From the IMG/VR virus record IMGVR_UViG_3300016265_000662, positions 1 through 34,705 of that record: a DNA stretch of 34,705 nt; one strand, written 5' to 3'. The DNA is from a virus (lineage: Duplodnaviria > Caudoviricetes). Positions 31,643 through 34,705 of this stretch are shown here, in pieces. The translations under genes were made by a program, and so were the position numbers. The notes under the pieces were generated by a model that searched no databases, was not told where the DNA came from, and worked only from the letters and a program-made list of their open reading frames with translations. Each line of letters opens with the position of its first letter. Positions within the stretch are counted from its first letter, which is position 1.

Positions 31643-33768
31643 CAGGGGAACGCCATGAACGACGCGCCGTCAGGCCCCGGCACACCGCGCTGTGTCGGCG
31701 CCGATTGCACGCCGCCATCCGCCATGTCGATGAACACCGGCAGGCCGTTGACGTCGACAAGCGCCTGCCCGCCGTCCACGACCGTGTAGCCCTGCAGGCC
31801 GTTGCGCGTGGCAAGCTGCACCGGCAGCCGGTCGAGGCGTGCCTGCGACACGGCCGTGCCCAGCGCCCCGCTTTCGCGCAGCGCCCGCAGCTCGGCGCGC
31901 ACGCGCCGCCCGAACTCGTCAACGTCCATGCCGCGAGGCAGGATGACGTTCACGTCGTTGTAGTCGTCGACGCCACCCGTGGCGAGCAAGATAGCCTCGC
32001 GCGCGCGCGCATCGTCGACCTCGTCCTGCACATACGCGCCGGCTCGCACGGACAGCGCGGCGTAAATGAGTTTGGCGTTGTCGAAGTCGTGCGCTCGCAG
32101 TTGAGCGTTGCCGCCATAGGCTCCCTCGGTAGCGCTCTCGAACGTTTCGAGGAAGTCGATGTCCTTCGGCATTGTCAGCCGTTTAGCCTGCCCTTCCGGC
32201 GTGCGCAGGTGCTGCGTGCCTTCCAGCAACAGTTCGGCAGTACGCCTCGAACCGGTGTCAGAGAGGTTGAGCAGGTAGCCCGCCGTCGCCAACTCCGGCG
32301 CCTTGGGCGCCATCGTGCGCAACGTGGCAAGGTATGCTTGCGGCTCGTCGATGCCTGCGGCAAGCGCCTTCAGGTAGAACTCCTGCGCCTGCGGTGTGCC
32401 GGCCTTGAGCTGGGCAGCGACAGCATCGATCTCGGCCCGCGTCATCGGCGGCACCGGCCGGCCCGCCCAGGCTTCAACCTCGGCGGCCTTGCGCATGCGG
32501 TCCTGCAACCCCTCGCCCAGCGCCTGGACGTTCGTCAAATCCAGCGGGTCGACCTCCACCAGACCGCGCTGCACAGCCGCGCCGAGTGGGTCGTCCTGCA
32601 CGGCCTTGGCGGTCGCGTCGTAGGCGCGGGCCTTCCACTGCAGCGCGGACACTCCGGCCCGGTCGACGCCGACAGCAGGGTCCTGCGCCTGCTGTTGTAG
32701 CTGCTCGACCTCGGCGGCCTGCTCGGCCAGCGGTCGGCTGGCGAAGCGCGCGCGGTCGGCCACGGTCGAGAGCAGCGCGTCCATCGACGCCTGCGCCGGC
32801 GTGCCGCGCGCCATCGTCTCGGCCTCGGCGATCAGCGCCGGGGTCGGAATGCCGCCCGCATCGTAGATGGCGGCGAGATTGTTCACGGCCCTGTCGGCCA
32901 TCGTGAGCCGCGCCATGGCCTGCCGCTCGGCCTGCGCCTGCCGGCGGTCCAGCTCGGCCTGCGCCACGCCCACCAGCTGCAGGCGCTTGTCGGGGTCGAG
33001 GTACTGGTAGCCGTCGCCGCGCAGCTGTTCGAGCGCGCGCGCCGGATCGGCTTCGACGTCAGCCGCCGCGCTGGTCGCGAACATCGCCGCGCGCTGGTTC
33101 TGCACGACGCTCTCGATCTTCGCCGCGTCCCAGCCCGCTGCCGCGCCGGAGGTGCGCACGATCTTCTCCATTTCCGCGACGCCCTGCTCGGGCGCACCCA
33201 CCGAGCGGCGGGTGATGAGGTCGAGCGAGGACAGGATGTTGGCCTCGTTCTGGCTCTGCGCCTGCGCGGTGATGCCACGCTCGAGCGCGTCGCGGTTGCG
33301 CAGCCGGAGTGACGCGAGGCCGACCTCCATGCCGCCCGATACCTGCGGGTCGACGTAGCGCCCGCGGTACTGGCCCGAGATGCTGGCGAATTGCTTGTCG
33401 AACTCCTGCCGCTTCTGCTCGGCGTTGAGATCGGTGCGCGCGGCAATCGTGCGCGTCTGCTCGACCAGCTTTTCCTCGGCCTCCAGCTCGTCGCGCTTGG
33501 CCTGTATCGACTCCGAGATCTGCCGCTGCCGCGCTTCCTCAGCCGCCTGGCGCTCGGCTTCGACGCGCTGACGCTCTGCCTCGCGCTGGCGCTGGATTTC
33601 GAGCTGGGCAGCCGTGTCCTGCAGCGCCTGCCCGGACTGCGACAGCGCCCGGCCCATCGCTTCGCCGCTGTCCTGCACGAACGCTCGCGGGTCGCGCGGC
33701 GCTGCGCCGGGGCTCTGGAATACGCGGGCCGTCTCGCGGCCCCACTGGTCGAGCGGGATCTGTCTCAT
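31642..33768 (-). CDS. Internal virion protein (helical ejection protein)
   Basis: ATG 33768 (MRQIPLDQWG) overlaps the upstream stop; 708 aa, Ala/Gln/Arg-rich and helical. Confidence 0.8.
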   Translation of the reverse strand: MRQIPLDQWGRETARVFQSPGAAPRDPRAFVQDSGEAMGRALSQSGQALQDTAAQLEIQRQREAERQRVEAERQAAEEARQRQISESIQAKRDELEAEEKLVEQTRTIAARTDLNAEQKRQEFDKQFASISGQYRGRYVDPQVSGGMEVGLASLRLRNRDALERGITAQAQSQNEANILSSLDLITRRSVGAPEQGVAEMEKIVRTSGAAAGWDAAKIESVVQNQRAAMFATSAAADVEADPARALEQLRGDGYQYLDPDKRLQLVGVAQAELDRRQAQAERQAMARLTMADRAVNNLAAIYDAGGIPTPALIAEAETMARGTPAQASMDALLSTVADRARFASRPLAEQAAEVEQLQQQAQDPAVGVDRAGVSALQWKARAYDATAKAVQDDPLGAAVQRGLVEVDPLDLTNVQALGEGLQDRMRKAAEVEAWAGRPVPPMTRAEIDAVAAQLKAGTPQAQEFYLKALAAGIDEPQAYLATLRTMAPKAPELATAGYLLNLSDTGSRRTAELLLEGTQHLRTPEGQAKRLTMPKDIDFLETFESATEGAYGGNAQLRAHDFDNAKLIYAALSVRAGAYVQDEVDDARAREAILLATGGVDDYNDVNVILPRGMDVDEFGRRVRAELRALRESGALGTAVSQARLDRLPVQLATRNGLQGYTVVDGGQALVDVNGLPVFIDMADGGVQSAPTQRGVPGPDGASFMAFP

Positions 33769-34370
33769 CGCGCGTACACCGATGCCGGGAAGGATGACCG
33801 CAAGCTGGTCAGCGCCGGGCCGCTGTCTACCTTCGGACGGTTGAGCAGGGGCGAAGTGATCCAGTTGCCGGCGACGTTGGTCGCGGTTGAGAGCAGGATG
33901 CTGTTCGATGCGGACTTGCCGGCCTGCCGGGTGTTGACCGCGGCGCGGCGCTGGTCGGCCGCCTGAATGCCGAGCTGGTTGGCCTGCGCCTCGTAGGTCT
34001 TCTTGATGCGCTCGCCCTCGAGCTGCTGCTGCGCGGCGTCTTCGAGGATGCGCCGCTGCAGTTCGAGCTGCACGTCGACCGCCGAGCCCGCATCGACTGC
34101 CATGCCGGTGCCTGCCTGCGTGGCGACGGTCGCGCCCATGTCGCGCTTGCCCAGCTCGCGGACCTTGGCGGCGCGCACGAATGCAGCGTCGAGCGCGGCC
34201 TGCGCGTCGGCCTGCCGCTGCTGCCGCTCCCATTCAAGCTGCGCGGCGTTGGCCTCCATCGAGGCGGCCTGCTGGTTCGCCTGCTTGCGCGCGGCCGAGG
34301 CGGACTTGATGCCGCCGACGACCTGCATGCCGGTGCCGACTGCGGCGATGGCGGCGACGGGACTACACAT
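33765..34370 (-). CDS. Internal virion protein B-like (T7 gp14 position)
   Basis: MCSPVAAIAAVGTG N-terminus, Gln/Ala coiled coil, GMAVDAGSA motif. Confidence 0.82.
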   Translation of the reverse strand: MCSPVAAIAAVGTGMQVVGGIKSASAARKQANQQAASMEANAAQLEWERQQRQADAQAALDAAFVRAAKVRELGKRDMGATVATQAGTGMAVDAGSAVDVQLELQRRILEDAAQQQLEGERIKKTYEAQANQLGIQAADQRRAAVNTRQAGKSASNSILLSTATNVAGNWITSPLLNRPKVDSGPALTSLRSSFPASVYAR

Positions 34371-34705
34371 GGCGCATGGCCTCCATTCTCAGAAACGGGA
34401 TGCGGCCGACCCCGTAGGTGCGGTCGAGCTCGACGGGGGCAAAGCCAATCCGCTGCAGCCAGTTCAGGCTGCCGACGTTGCGGCAGTCGACCCAGTTCGA
34501 GAGCACCGGATAGATCGCAAGGCACTCCTCGACGATGCGCCGGCCCTCGCGCACGAGCTGCCGCGCGTCCTCGACCAGCGTCTCGCTCGACAGCATCCAC
34601 GGCACGCCGTGATCGGGAGTGGCTTCGGCCAGCCCCCAGACGCCTTCGACGCGCCCGTCGACCAAGATGGCCTCGGCCCGTTGCGACAGCCCGACCGACA
34701 GCCGG
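34363..34705 (-). CDS. 3' part of internal virion protein A-like (GNAT-like) gene; begins at 122
   Basis: GVWG...GVPWMLSS...LSNWVDCRNVGSLNWLQRIGF; open to the window end and in frame with 122..1 (154 aa total). Confidence 0.85.
   Translation of the reverse strand, partial: RLSVGLSQRAEAILVDGRVEGVWGLAEATPDHGVPWMLSSETLVEDARQLVREGRRIVEECLAIYPVLSNWVDCRNVGSLNWLQRIGFAPVELDRTYGVGRIPFLRMEAMRHV

Noticed and set aside
33769-34233. N-terminal extension of the 863-aa ORF, and similar extensions of 11749..13098, 10384..11310, 10136..10984 and 13627..14400
   Set aside because: The extensions overlap better-supported genes and are low-complexity Arg/Ala/Gly text. Starts were reset to codons supported by an RBS or stop/start overlap.

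Overview
The window is almost certainly a complete, circularly closed 34.7-kb genome of a GC-rich temperate podovirus: one CDS reads in frame across the end/start junction. The virion module is T7/BPP-1-like and on the - strand: portal, scaffold, major capsid, decoration protein, tail tubular A/B, five internal-virion genes, TerS/TerL, tail fibre with chaperone, M15 endolysin and holin-like genes. The early region is lambdoid: cI/cro/cII with recognisable PR, PL, PRE and operators; a DUF1376 initiator with iterons; a P-like loader; VRR-NUC; YqaJ/RecT; xis and a tyrosine integrase. An intact attP consists of the 3' half of tRNA-Leu(UAA) flanked by arm-type repeats. The most notable observations are: (1) a 16-bp box present three times inside coding sequences, each 11 nt upstream of a -10-like hexamer, one copy inside a small HTH gene (candidate late-activator system); (2) a structured capsid leader with a repeated internal-loop motif; (3) a Tad2/DUF2829 anti-defence gene bracketed by 31-bp direct repeats next to recT; (4) a BECR (PBECR3-like) nuclease domain inserted in an ejection protein; (5) a tail-fibre-adaptor-like domain inserted in TerL; (6) an antisense gene downstream of PRE; (7) a polysaccharide deacetylase inside the head operon. 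All family assignments come from motif recognition by eye; no searches were run.
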